This document shows positions 7,843 through 18,904 of a stretch of DNA of 51,605 nucleotides, piece by piece. Below the pieces are notes generated by a model that was given only the letters and a program-made list of their open reading frames with translations, was not told where the DNA came from and ran no database searches. Every line of letters begins with the position of its first letter. Positions within the stretch are counted from its first letter, which is position 1. The position numbers and the translations under genes are program-made. The stretch is from Gemmatimonadota bacterium (GTDB lineage Bacteria > Gemmatimonadota > Gemmatimonadetes > Gemmatimonadales > GWC2-71-9), in the NCBI GenBank assembly GCA_049323575.1, contig JBMOPM010000168.1, positions 1 to 51,605 of the forward strand, in the 5' to 3' direction.

Positions 7843-8640
7843 TCAAGTGAACACTGCCACCACCGGTGCGTGGTCCGACGGCAACTTCCCCTTCCGCTCG
7901 TCCCGCACCACATAGGCGTTGCCGCACCGCTCCGCCAGGGAACGCGTCACGAAGATGTGATCGATGCGAAGCCCGTTGCCCTTGGCGAAGCCGAGCATCC
8001 GGTAATCCCACCAGGTGTAGGGGCCGTCGCCATCGTGATGGAGGCGGATGGTGTCCTCGAGACCCCACTCCACGATGCGCCGGAGGGCGGCCCGGGCCTC
8101 TTCGTGGCAGAGCACCGAGTCTCGCCACTCGTCGGGGCGTGCCACGTCCCGATCCTCCGGAGCCACATTGAAGTCACCGCAGAGAATCAGCGGCTCATCG
8201 GGGCGCGCGGTCCGGTCGAGATAGTGCCGCAGCCGCTCCAGCCACCGGAGCTTGTACGCCCACTTGTCGGAGCCGACCGTCTTGCCGTTCGGGACATAGG
8301 CCGAGATCACGCGGACCGCGGGCGGGGGCGCTCCATCGGCCGCCCGGAACGGGATCCGGGCAGAGAGGAGCCGCGCTTCGGCGTCCTCCACCTCGTCGCA
8401 CAGACCGGGGCACACGTCGAGCAACGGGGCTCGGCTCAGAATCGCGATGCCGTTGTACGTGCGCTGGCCGTGCAAGGCCAGGTGCCAGCCGGCTGCTTCG
8501 AATTCGGCCCGGGGAAATTCCCCCTCGGTGACCTTGAGTTCCTGGAGGCAGACCACGTCGGCCTGCTCTCGCGCGAGCCACGCCAGCGTGCGCTCGAGGC
8601 GGGCGCGAATGGAGTTGACGTTGTACGTGGCGACCTTCAT
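7843..8640 (-). CDS. xth: exodeoxyribonuclease III (AP endonuclease)
   Basis: MKVATYNVNSIRARL...CLQELK...GDFNVAP...WWDYR...RIDHIF...SDHAPV are the canonical Xth/EEP motifs. ATG 8640 lies 4 nt after the def stop. Confidence 0.9.
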   Translation of the reverse strand: MKVATYNVNSIRARLERTLAWLAREQADVVCLQELKVTEGEFPRAEFEAAGWHLALHGQRTYNGIAILSRAPLLDVCPGLCDEVEDAEARLLSARIPFRAADGAPPPAVRVISAYVPNGKTVGSDKWAYKLRWLERLRHYLDRTARPDEPLILCGDFNVAPEDRDVARPDEWRDSVLCHEEARAALRRIVEWGLEDTIRLHHDGDGPYTWWDYRMLGFAKGNGLRIDHIFVTRSLAERCGNAYVVRDERKGKLPSDHAPVVAVFT

Positions 8641-8644
8641 CGCC

Positions 8645-9202
8645 TCACCCGGCAAAGTACACCATCTCCCGCGGCCGCGGTTCGCCATAGCGGCCGGAGA
8701 GGCCATAGCGACGATGCCACTCCTCGCGCAGACAGAAGGGGTCGAGCCCGTGGGGACGATCGACCGCGAGGATCCCGTCGAGGTGGTCGATCTCGTGCTG
8801 CAGCAGCTCGGCCCGGTCGCCCTCGAGCTGCGTCTCGTGATACTCGCCTTTCATGTCCTGATAGCGGATCCGGATGTGGTAGGCCCGCAGCACCCGCACC
8901 ATGAGGTTGGGGAACGAGAAGCAGTCGTCCCACACTTCGAAATCTTCGGTGCCGATGTCCACGATTTCCGGGTTGATGAGTGGCCAGGGCTTGTCCATCT
9001 CCACGTAGACCATGCGGACGGGCGCCCCGATCTGGGGCGCAGCGATGGCTCGGCCGCTCCCGAAGCGGGACTGCCAGTCCCGCAGGGTTTCCCGGAGCCC
9101 GTCCATGATGACCCGGACGGCGGCCGAGCGGGGCGTGCTGATCGGCTCGCACCGGGTGCGCAGGATCGGGTCGCCGAGGAGGCGGATGCGATGGATGGTC
9201 AT
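8645..9202 (-). CDS. def: peptide deformylase
   Basis: Motif 1 is GRAIAAPQIG and motif 3 is QHEIDHLDG. Motif 2 is the variant DDCFSFP; Cys and Ser are kept, where the classical motif is EGCLS. Confidence 0.8.
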   Translation of the reverse strand: MTIHRIRLLGDPILRTRCEPISTPRSAAVRVIMDGLRETLRDWQSRFGSGRAIAAPQIGAPVRMVYVEMDKPWPLINPEIVDIGTEDFEVWDDCFSFPNLMVRVLRAYHIRIRYQDMKGEYHETQLEGDRAELLQHEIDHLDGILAVDRPHGLDPFCLREEWHRRYGLSGRYGEPRPREMVYFAG

Positions 9203-9326
9203 GGATTCAAGGTCGGGGAATGGGGTCGATCGGTCAACGTGGCGCAGCCAGCGACCGGATCACAAGTTGTAAGACATACCGTGGCAATGAGTTAACAAAA
9301 TTCACACCAATTTGTTCGAACGATTG

Positions 9327-9355
9327 TTGACAATTCCGACAAAGCCGCTTAGGAT
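9327..9355 (+). promoter_or_regulatory. sigma-70-type promoter for sufR (TTGACA-17 nt-TAGGAT)
   Basis: TTGACA at 9327-9332, a 17-nt spacer, then TAGGAT at 9350-9355, all inside the most AT-rich stretch of the window. The -10 element ends 9 nt before the sufR ATG, so the mRNA would be leaderless or nearly so. Confidence 0.5.
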
Positions 9356-9364
9356 TCGCGTCCT

Positions 9365-10066
9365 ATGGCCCTCCCCCTGATGGATACGCCGGCAGTCCCG
9401 AGCGGTCTGGCTGCCGTATACAAGGGCCCGCGCGCCCAGATCCTGATGGAGTTGAAGCGAGCGCAGCCCCGCACGGCCAAGGAGCTGGCCGGTCTTCTCG
9501 GGCTCTCGCTCAACGCCGTCCGCCACCATCTGAAGGAGCTGGAGGCGGAGGGGCTTGTGGGCTACGCGCGGGAGCATCGGGGCGTTGGGGCGCCGGTCTA
9601 TGCCTACCGGCTGAGCGAGGCGGGCGATGCGCTCTTTCCCCGGCGCTACGAGGAGACGCTCACCCACGTCCTCGACCACGTGGTGGAGCACCACGGGCGG
9701 GAGGCGGCCGTGGCCATGCTGGAGGCGCACGTCCGCGCCATCGCGGACCGCCTCAAGGCCGAAACCGACGGCCGTCCCCCCGAGGAGCGGGTGGATCTCG
9801 TGGCGCGGATGCGGGCGCGGCAGGGCTACATGGCCGAATGGAGGCCTGCCGAGGGCGGGGCGTTGCTCAAGGAGCACAACTGCGCCATCCAGGCCGTGGC
9901 CGAGCGGTTCCCCGAGGTGTGCGCGGCGGAGCGGCAACTGCTCGAGGACGTGCTGGGCACGAAAGTGGAGCGGATTTCGCACATCCTGAGTGGCTGCTCG
10001 GCGTGCGAGTACCGTGTAACGTTTGCCGGCGACGAGCCCGTGCAGATTCGGAGCGGCAGTCGCTAG
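9365..10066 (+). CDS. sufR: SufR-like ArsR/DeoR-type winged-helix regulator with C-terminal Cys cluster
   Basis: N-terminal wHTH (ILMELKRAQPRTAKELAGLLGLSLNAVRHHLKELEAEGLV). C-terminal cysteines HNCAIQ...EVCAAE...GCSACEY. It sits directly upstream of sufBCDSU. Confidence 0.7.
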   Translation: MALPLMDTPAVPSGLAAVYKGPRAQILMELKRAQPRTAKELAGLLGLSLNAVRHHLKELEAEGLVGYAREHRGVGAPVYAYRLSEAGDALFPRRYEETLTHVLDHVVEHHGREAAVAMLEAHVRAIADRLKAETDGRPPEERVDLVARMRARQGYMAEWRPAEGGALLKEHNCAIQAVAERFPEVCAAERQLLEDVLGTKVERISHILSGCSACEYRVTFAGDEPVQIRSGSR

Positions 10067-10117
10067 TCGCTCATCCCTGGCGTGCGCCGGGGCCGAGCGA
10101 CCAACCCTGAGGAAGCC

Positions 10118-11551
<1,434 letters not shown>

Positions 11552-11596
11552 AGCATCGCAAGTCGCAGGTCACACGGCGCAGGCGACCGGCAGCGC

Positions 11597-11653
11597 GTGA
11601 CTTGGGACTCGTGACTCGTAGCCTGTGGCGTCTGACTTGTGACTTGTGACCGG
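11597..11653 (+). repeat. cluster of five TGAC(T/C)(T/C)G heptamers in the sufB-sufC spacer
   Basis: TGACTTG at 11598, TGACTCG at 11612, TGACTTG at 11633, TGACTTG at 11640, TGACCGG at 11647; the last three are tandem. Confidence 0.6.
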
Positions 11654-11666
11654 TTTGGAGAACGAC

Positions 11667-12427
<761 letters not shown>

Positions 12428-12431
<4 letters not shown>

Positions 12432-13738
12432 CCGAGCTGTACCTGAAGGAATTCGAGGCCTTCGCCGGCAACGGCGGCGCCGAGGGACCCGAGTGGGTCC
12501 GTGCGCTCCGCCGCACCGCGATCGACCGCTTCGCCCGCGTGGGTTTTCCCAGCGCCAAGGAAGAGGACTGGCGGTTCACCAACATCCAGCCGCTGGTGCA
12601 GCGGGCGTTCCGGCGGCCGGCGACCGGCGGCCGGGTGTCCCCGGAGGAGCTGGCGCCGTTCCTGTTCGGCCACGCCGAATGGATCACGCTGGTGTTCGTC
12701 AACGGGCGCTACGCGCCCGAGCTCTCCGTCGGGCCCGCTGACCGGCTGCCCGCCGGCGTCGAGGTGGGCAGCCTCGCCGACGCGCTCGCGCGCGACCCGG
12801 CGGCGCTGGAGCGGCACCTCACCCGCCACGTCGGCGTGGACGCCAGTCCGTTCGTGGCGCTCAACACCGCCTTCCTCAAGGACGGCGCCTTCATTCACGT
12901 GCCGGCGAACACCGCGCTCGAGACCCCGATCCACGTGGTGTTCGTGGCCGACCGCGACGCGGCCGACGTCGTGGCCTTCCCGCGCAATCTCTATGTGCTC
13001 GAACGCTCGGCCCAGGCCACCATCGTCGAGAGCTACGTGGCGCTCACCGAGGCCACGTACTTCACCAATGCGGTGACCGAGATCGCGCTGGGCGAGAACG
13101 CGGTGCTGCACCACGACCGCATCCAGCAGGAAAGCGAGCAGGCCTATCACATCGCGGCCACCCACGCGCGACAGCTCCGTGACAGCCGCTACGTGTCCTT
13201 TTCGTTGATGGCCGGCGGCGCCATCTCGCGGCACAACCTGACCGCGCACCTCGACGCGCCCCACTGCGAGGTCGTGCTCAACGGACTCTACCTGGCCCGC
13301 GGCGAGCAACTGGTGGACAATCACACCGCGGTCTACCACGACCACCCCGACTGCCGGAGCTGGGAGGTCTACAAAGGCGTGCTGGACGGCGCCTCGCACG
13401 CCGTCTTCAACGGCAAGGTGTTCGTGAAGCCCGAGGCGCAGAAGACCGACGGCAAGCAGACCAACCGCAACCTGCTGCTCTCGGACCGGGCCCGGGTGGA
13501 CACCAAGCCCCAGCTCGAGATCTTCGCCGACGACGTGAAGTGCACCCACGGCGCCACGGTCGGCGCGCTGGACGAGCTGCCGCTCTTCTACCTCAAGAGC
13601 CGCGGCATCGGCGGGGACCTGGCTCGCAAGCTCCTGACCTACGCCTTCGCCGCCGAGGTGCTGGGGGAGATCCGCCTCCAGCCGGTGAAGCAGTCGCTCG
13701 AGGCGCTGATGATGGCGCGCCTCGGAACCGGGGCCTGA
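12428..13738 (+). CDS. sufD: Fe-S cluster assembly protein SufD
   Basis: SufB/SufD beta-helix C-terminus (...[20 protein letters not shown]...LFYL.SRGI). GTG 12428 overlaps the sufC stop as GTGA; an upstream ATG at 12398 is possible. Confidence 0.88.
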
Positions 13739-13742
13739 GCGG

Positions 13743-14990
13743 ATGACCGCGTCGGTGGCTGCGGCCCCGGTGGCTTTCGATGGGCGGGCGGTGCGCGAGG
13801 ATTTTCCCATCCTGGCCCGCTCGATCCGGGGCAAGCCGCTGGTCTACCTCGACAACGCGGCCACCAGCCAGAAGCCCCGCGCCGTGATCGAGGCGATGTC
13901 CCGCTACTACGAGCGGGACAACGCCAATATTCACCGCGGCGTGCATACGCTGAGCGCCGAAGCCACCCGCCGCTACGACGAGGTCCGGGAGCAGGTGCGG
14001 GCCTTCTTCAATGCCCGCGCGGCGCGGGAGATCGTCTTCACCCGCGGCACCACCGAGGCCATCAACCTCGTGGCCCGCAGCTGGGGCCAGGCCAACCTCG
14101 AGCCCGGCGACGAGATCCTGCTCACGGAGATGGAGCACCACTCCAACATCATCCCGTGGCAGCTCGTGGCAGAGCAGACCGGCGCCGTGATCCGGGTGGC
14201 CCCGATCCTCGACACCGGCGAGCTCGACCTCGCGGCGTTCGAGCGGCTCCTCACCGAGCGCACGAAACTGGTGTCCGTGGTGCACCTCTCCAACGCGCTG
14301 GGCACCATCAATCCGGTCGCCTGGATCGTCGCGCGGGCGCACGTGCTGGGCATACCGGTGCTGGTGGATGGCGCGCAGTCGGCGCCCCACCTGGGCGTGG
14401 ACGTCCGGGCGCTGGGCTGTGACTTCTTCGTCTGCTCCGGCCACAAGATGCTGGGCCCCACCGGCATCGGCGTGCTCTACGGCCGGGCCGAACTGCTGGA
14501 GCAGATGCCGCCGTGGCAAGGGGGCGGCGACATGATCGAGACCGTGACCTTCGAGGGGTCGACCTGGGCCCCGATCCCCTCCAAGTTCGAGGCGGGCACG
14601 CCGCCCATCGCCGAGGTGATCGGGCTGGGCGCGGCGCTGGACTACCTGGTGGCAACGGGCCGCGAGCGCATCGCGGCGTGGGAGCATGCGCTCCTCGAGT
14701 ACGCCACGGCCCGCGTGCAGGAAGTGCCGGGACTGCGCGTGGTGGGGACCGCCAAGGAGAAGGCGAGCGTGCTGAGCTTCGTCATCGACGGGATCCACCC
14801 GCACGATATCGGCACGGTGCTCGACGATCAGGGCGTCGCCATCCGCGCGGGGCACCATTGCTGCCAGCCCCTCATGCGGCGGCTCGGCCTCCCCGCCACG
14901 GCCCGCGCCTCGTTCGCGCTGTACAACACGACCGACGACGTGGACGCGCTGGTGGCCGGGCTCCATCGCGCCCGGGAGCTGCTCGGCTGA
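13743..14990 (+). CDS. sufS: cysteine desulfurase SufS (group II, PLP-dependent)
   Basis: [11 protein letters not shown], the PLP lysine in [12 protein letters not shown], and the active-site [10 protein letters not shown]. Confidence 0.93.
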   Translation: MTASVAAAPVAFDGRAVREDFPILARSIRGKPLVYLDNAATSQKPRAVIEAMSRYYERDNANIHRGVHTLSAEATRRYDEVREQVRAFFNARAAREIVFTRGTTEAINLVARSWGQANLEPGDEILLTEMEHHSNIIPWQLVAEQTGAVIRVAPILDTGELDLAAFERLLTERTKLVSVVHLSNALGTINPVAWIVARAHVLGIPVLVDGAQSAPHLGVDVRALGCDFFVCSGHKMLGPTGIGVLYGRAELLEQMPPWQGGGDMIETVTFEGSTWAPIPSKFEAGTPPIAEVIGLGAALDYLVATGRERIAAWEHALLEYATARVQEVPGLRVVGTAKEKASVLSFVIDGIHPHDIGTVLDDQGVAIRAGHHCCQPLMRRLGLPATARASFALYNTTDDVDALVAGLHRARELLG

Positions 14991-15442
14991 TGGCGGAGCT
15001 GAACGACCTCTACCAGAGCGTCATCCTCGATCACCACAGGTCGCCGCGCAACTTCCGGCGCATGGATGCTGCCGATGCCCATGCCGCCGGATACAACCCG
15101 CTCTGTGGCGACCAGGTGGAGATCTGGCTCAGACTGGACGGCGACCGTATCGCCGACGCGAGCTTCCAGGGCCAGGGCTGCGCCATCTCCAAGGCCTCGG
15201 CCTCCCTCATGACGACGGTGCTCAAGGGGAAGACCCGGGCCGAGGCGGAGGCACTGTTCGCCCGCTTCCACGACCTCGTGACCGGCAAGGTCACCCCGGA
15301 CGATGCCAGACAGGACCTGGGCAAGCTGGCCGTGTTCAGCGGCGTGTCGGCCTATCCGGTGCGCGTGAAGTGCGCCAGCCTGGCGTGGCACGCCCTGAAG
15401 CAGGCGCTGGAGGCCGGCAACGGATCCCGATCCCCCCGGTAG
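14990..15442 (+). CDS. sufU: SufU-type sulfur acceptor / Fe-S scaffold-like protein
   Basis: NPLCGD, GQGCAISKASAS and VKCASLAW give the three SufU cysteines plus Asp. The ATG overlaps the sufS TGA by 1 nt. Confidence 0.88.
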   Translation: MAELNDLYQSVILDHHRSPRNFRRMDAADAHAAGYNPLCGDQVEIWLRLDGDRIADASFQGQGCAISKASASLMTTVLKGKTRAEAEALFARFHDLVTGKVTPDDARQDLGKLAVFSGVSAYPVRVKCASLAWHALKQALEAGNGSRSPR

Positions 15443-15493
15443 GTACACGCGGGGGATGACAGGTTTACATCACGAACAGGGAGAGTCATCGTC

Positions 15494-15928
15494 ATGCCAT
15501 ATCCCCCGCATCTCGTCCAGCCCATGCGTGAGGAGCTCACGCGACTGGGCGTGAAGGAGCTCACCACCGTCGAGGAGGTGGACGCGGCGCTCGGCCCGGG
15601 TGAAGGAACCGTGCTCGTCGTGGTCAATTCGGTCTGCGGCTGCGCGGCCGGCAACGCCCGGCCGGCGGTGGCACAGGCGCTCGCGCATCCGGTCAGGCCG
15701 CAGCAGATCTTCACCGTCTTCGCGGGCCAGGACATCGAGGCGACCGCGCGGGCCCGCAGCTACTTCGCGGACTACGCGCCCAGCTCGCCGTCGATGGCGT
15801 TGCTCAAGGACGGCGAGGTGGTGGCGTTCCTTCACCGCCATCAGATCGAGGGCCGCTCGCCGCAGGCCATCGCGGCGGATCTGATCGCGGCGTTCGACCG
15901 GTTCTGCGCCCCGGTCCCGGTCTCCTGA
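15494..15928 (+). CDS. bacilliredoxin (BrxA/BrxB, YphP/YqiW, DUF1094) thiol-disulfide oxidoreductase
   Basis: VVVNSVCGCAAGNARPA...TVFAGQD.EAT...APSSPSMALLKDGEVV is nearly motif-for-motif the Bacillus YphP family, including the CGC redox motif. GGGAGAG Shine-Dalgarno. Confidence 0.85.
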   Translation: MPYPPHLVQPMREELTRLGVKELTTVEEVDAALGPGEGTVLVVVNSVCGCAAGNARPAVAQALAHPVRPQQIFTVFAGQDIEATARARSYFADYAPSSPSMALLKDGEVVAFLHRHQIEGRSPQAIAADLIAAFDRFCAPVPVS

Positions 15929-15962
15929 TGGGTGCCATCCGTCCGATCTCGAGGAACACGGC

Positions 15963-16244
15963 ATGAGCGGCCACGTCTTCCATCCCGGCCACGAGGAACT
16001 CCACGGCGTCACTGTCGTCCTCGACGGTGCTTCCGGGAAGACCTACGTGGGCCGCTACCATGAGCGCACCAGCGGGGGCCTCCTGCTGCACGATGTGGCG
16101 GTGCACGACCCCGCGAGCGGCGTGTCGCGCGAGGAGTTCCTTCGCCGTACGCACAAGTTCGGCGTCCGCGCCGAGCACAAGAATCTCGTCGTGCCCGAGG
16201 TGGAGGTGCGCGAGATCACCCGGCTGGCGGATGTTCCCGGGTAG
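15963..16244 (+). CDS. conserved-looking hypothetical protein (93 aa), last gene of the suf transcription unit
   Basis: GAGGA sits 7 nt upstream of the ATG. Strong G/C third-position bias. MSGHVFHPGHEELHGVTVVLDGASGKTYVGRYHERTSGGLLLHDV... matches no motif I recognise. Confidence 0.6.
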   Translation: MSGHVFHPGHEELHGVTVVLDGASGKTYVGRYHERTSGGLLLHDVAVHDPASGVSREEFLRRTHKFGVRAEHKNLVVPEVEVREITRLADVPG

Positions 16245-16275
16245 CAGCGGTTCCCCGACGGGTCACCATGTGATC

Positions 16276-16305
16276 GGGGCGGCTCCAGGGCCGCCCCGGT
16301 TTTTT
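16276..16305 (+). terminator. rho-independent terminator ending the suf operon
   Basis: 8-bp GC stem ggggcggc/gccgcccc, 6-nt loop, then gg + TTTTTT (16300-16305). Confidence 0.85.
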
Positions 16306-16446
16306 CGGCCGACGGCCAGGACTGTGGGCCAGCGGCAACTGGCGGCCGGCCCGCATCCCTGCCTAGGTTCCGAGCCCACACCTGCGGATCGGATGGCGTC
16401 GACGATTCTGGCTCGTGAACTCCCCCGTTTCATCCACAGAGGCTGC

Positions 16447-17403
16447 ATGACCACTGTTGTCGCCAAGGTCGAGCGGGTCACCAAGCGGTATGCCGGCCAC
16501 ACGGCCGTGAAGTCCCTGTCGCTGGAGGTCCCGGCCGGCGGGATCTTCGGCCTGCTGGGGCCCAACGGCGCCGGCAAGACCACGACGATCCGGATGCTCA
16601 TGAACATCATCACGCCGGACGAGGGCACCATCACGCTGTTCGACGGCGCGGGCACCGGGCGCGAGCTCTCCGCCCGCGTGGGCTATCTCCCCGAGGAGCG
16701 CGGGCTCTACAAGAAGATGAAAGTGCTCGACCATCTCATCTTCCTCGGCGAGGCCAAGGGGCTGGCGCGCCCTTACGCGCGCGCCCGCTCGCTCGCGTGG
16801 CTCGAGCGCCTCGGTCTCGCGGACTGGGCGCAGAAGAAGGTGGAGGACCTGTCGAAGGGGATGCAGCAGAAGGTGCAGTTCATCGGCAGCCTGCTGCACG
16901 ACCCCGAGTTCGTCATCCTCGATGAGCCGTTCAGCGGGCTCGATCCCGTCAACAGCCAGATCATGAAGGACGTGGTGGTGGACATCGCCCGGCGCGGCGG
17001 CACCGTCCTCTTCTCCACCCACATCATGGAGCAGGCGGAACGCATGTGCGACCGCGTGGTGATCATCGCGCGCGGCGAGAAGGTGGTCGACGGCCGCCTC
17101 GCGGACGTGAAGCGCGAGTTCGGTGGTCGCCATGTGGCGCTGACCTTCACGCGCAACGGCGACGCCGCCGCGCGCGTCCTGCAGGATCGCCGTCTCGTCT
17201 CCCGCGTGGACGACTACGGCGCCAGCGCCGAGGTCGAGCTGGCTCCGGGTGCGGACAGCGATGAGCTGCTCCGCGCCCTGGTGAGCGCGGAGGTCGGGAT
17301 CTCGCGGTTCGAGGTGGTCGAGGCGTCACTCCAATCGATCTTCATCGCCAAGGTGGGCGCCGAGGCGGCCACCGCGCCGGCGAGGGAGCTGGTCAATGCA
17401 TAA
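16447..17403 (+). CDS. ABC-2-type transporter ATP-binding protein
   Basis: Walker A GPNGAGKTT, signature LSKGMQQK, Walker B FVILDEPFSGLD, plus the C-terminal accessory domain typical of NatA/CcmA-like subunits. An alternative ATG exists at 16393. Confidence 0.88.
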   Translation: MTTVVAKVERVTKRYAGHTAVKSLSLEVPAGGIFGLLGPNGAGKTTTIRMLMNIITPDEGTITLFDGAGTGRELSARVGYLPEERGLYKKMKVLDHLIFLGEAKGLARPYARARSLAWLERLGLADWAQKKVEDLSKGMQQKVQFIGSLLHDPEFVILDEPFSGLDPVNSQIMKDVVVDIARRGGTVLFSTHIMEQAERMCDRVVIIARGEKVVDGRLADVKREFGGRHVALTFTRNGDAAARVLQDRRLVSRVDDYGASAEVELAPGADSDELLRALVSAEVGISRFEVVEASLQSIFIAKVGAEAATAPARELVNA

Positions 17404-18709
17404 GCTCCTGGCGGTCATTCGGCGGGAGTACGTGGAGCGGGTGCGCTCCCGCGCGTTCGTCATCGGTACGGTGCTGGGTCCGGTGCTCATGGCCCTGCTC
17501 TTCGTGCTGCCGATCATCCTCGCCGGCCGCGGCACCGAGGCCAAGCGCGTAGCCGTGGTGGACGGCGCCTCCGGTGAGTTCGGCCGACGGGTGGCTGCGG
17601 CGCTGGAGGCGGCCCGCCGGGGCCGGGGCCCGGACGCGACGCCCCGCTATCTGCCGGTGCTGGTCCCGGCCCACGGGCGGGTGGAGGCCGTGCGTGACTC
17701 GCTGGTGACGCTCACGGGGCTGCCCCGAAAGCAGGGGCCGAGCTTCGACGGACTGCTCCTGCTCACCGACGAGGCGCTCGACAGCGGCAAGCTCCAGTAC
17801 CTGGGCGCCAACGTCGGGAGCCCAGGCGACATGCGGTTGCTGGAAACGACGCTCCAGCCCGTGGTGCTGGCGGAGCGGCTCCAGCGGACCGGCGTCGACC
17901 CGGCCACCGTCATGAAGGCCGTGGGACCGCTCGAGCTGGAGACCACCAAGATCACGCAGGGCAAGGTGACCGGTGAGAGCGGCGAGGCCTCGTTCTGGCT
18001 CGCCTACGCGATGGGGTTCATCCTGTACCTCGCGCTGGTGCTCTACGGCGTACAGGTCATGTCGTCCATCGTGGAGGAAAAGAGCAATCGCATCATCGAG
18101 GTGCTTGCCTCCAGCCTGACGCCGTTCCAGCTCATGCTGGGCAAGATCCTGGGCGTGGGTGCGGTGGGACTCACCCAGCTGACCATCTGGGGCGGCACGG
18201 CGGCGCTGCTCTCCGGCTTCAGCGCGTCACTCATGCAGCTCGTCGGCGCATCTCCCGACGCGGTCGGTGCGATGAGGCTGCCCGCGGTGAGCCCGGCGCT
18301 CCTCGCCGTGTTCCTCACCTTCTTCCTGCTCGGCTTCTTCCTGTATGCCGCGGCCTACGCGGCCGTCGGGGCGATGTGCAACTCCACGCAGGAGACCCAG
18401 CAGGCCAACACGCCCGTGACCATGTGCATCGTCTTCGGGTTCATTCTGACATTCTCGCTGCTCAACGACCCCAACGGCCAGCTCGCCCGCACCCTCACCA
18501 TGGTGCCGCTGGTGTCGCCGTTCGTCGTGCCGCTGCGCTACTCGCTGTCGCCGCTCCCCCTGGGCGAGCTGCTCCTCGCCATGGCGATCGCCGCGGTGGC
18601 GGTGCTGGCCGTGGCGTGGGTCGCGGCCCGCATCTATCGCGTGGGCATCCTCGCCTACGGCAAGAAGCCCACGCTCAAGCAGCTCGCGCGGTGGGTGGCG
18701 ACCGGCTAG
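17396..18709 (+). CDS. ABC-2 family permease (NatB-like, large extracytoplasmic loop after TM1)
   Basis: N-terminal TM, a ~150-aa loop, then 5 hydrophobic segments. It overlaps the ATPase stop by 8 nt. Confidence 0.8.
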   Translation: MHKLLAVIRREYVERVRSRAFVIGTVLGPVLMALLFVLPIILAGRGTEAKRVAVVDGASGEFGRRVAAALEAARRGRGPDATPRYLPVLVPAHGRVEAVRDSLVTLTGLPRKQGPSFDGLLLLTDEALDSGKLQYLGANVGSPGDMRLLETTLQPVVLAERLQRTGVDPATVMKAVGPLELETTKITQGKVTGESGEASFWLAYAMGFILYLALVLYGVQVMSSIVEEKSNRIIEVLASSLTPFQLMLGKILGVGAVGLTQLTIWGGTAALLSGFSASLMQLVGASPDAVGAMRLPAVSPALLAVFLTFFLLGFFLYAAAYAAVGAMCNSTQETQQANTPVTMCIVFGFILTFSLLNDPNGQLARTLTMVPLVSPFVVPLRYSLSPLPLGELLLAMAIAAVAVLAVAWVAARIYRVGILAYGKKPTLKQLARWVATG

Positions 18710-18904
18710 ATGCGAACGGGCCAGGTTTTCGGGGGCAGTCGTCGCTCCGGACACCTGGCCCCCGAGCACGCTCCGGTTCCTTCCGCCTGCATCCCCGTTG
18801 CCATCCCCTTCGCCAGAAAGGCGGCATGGGGCCTCGGGCACGCCTCGCCGGCGGCAGCGGGGCCCTGCTTACGGCGGGCTTACGGCCCCCGTAGCTTCCA
18901 CGCC

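Noticed and set aside
5496-7850. 784-aa plus-strand ORF overlapping the patatin gene in another frame
   Set aside because: The translation is an Arg/Gly/Pro/Ala-rich low-complexity string typical of off-frame reading in high-GC DNA. The 5704..7833 frame carries all the patatin and beta-barrel motifs.
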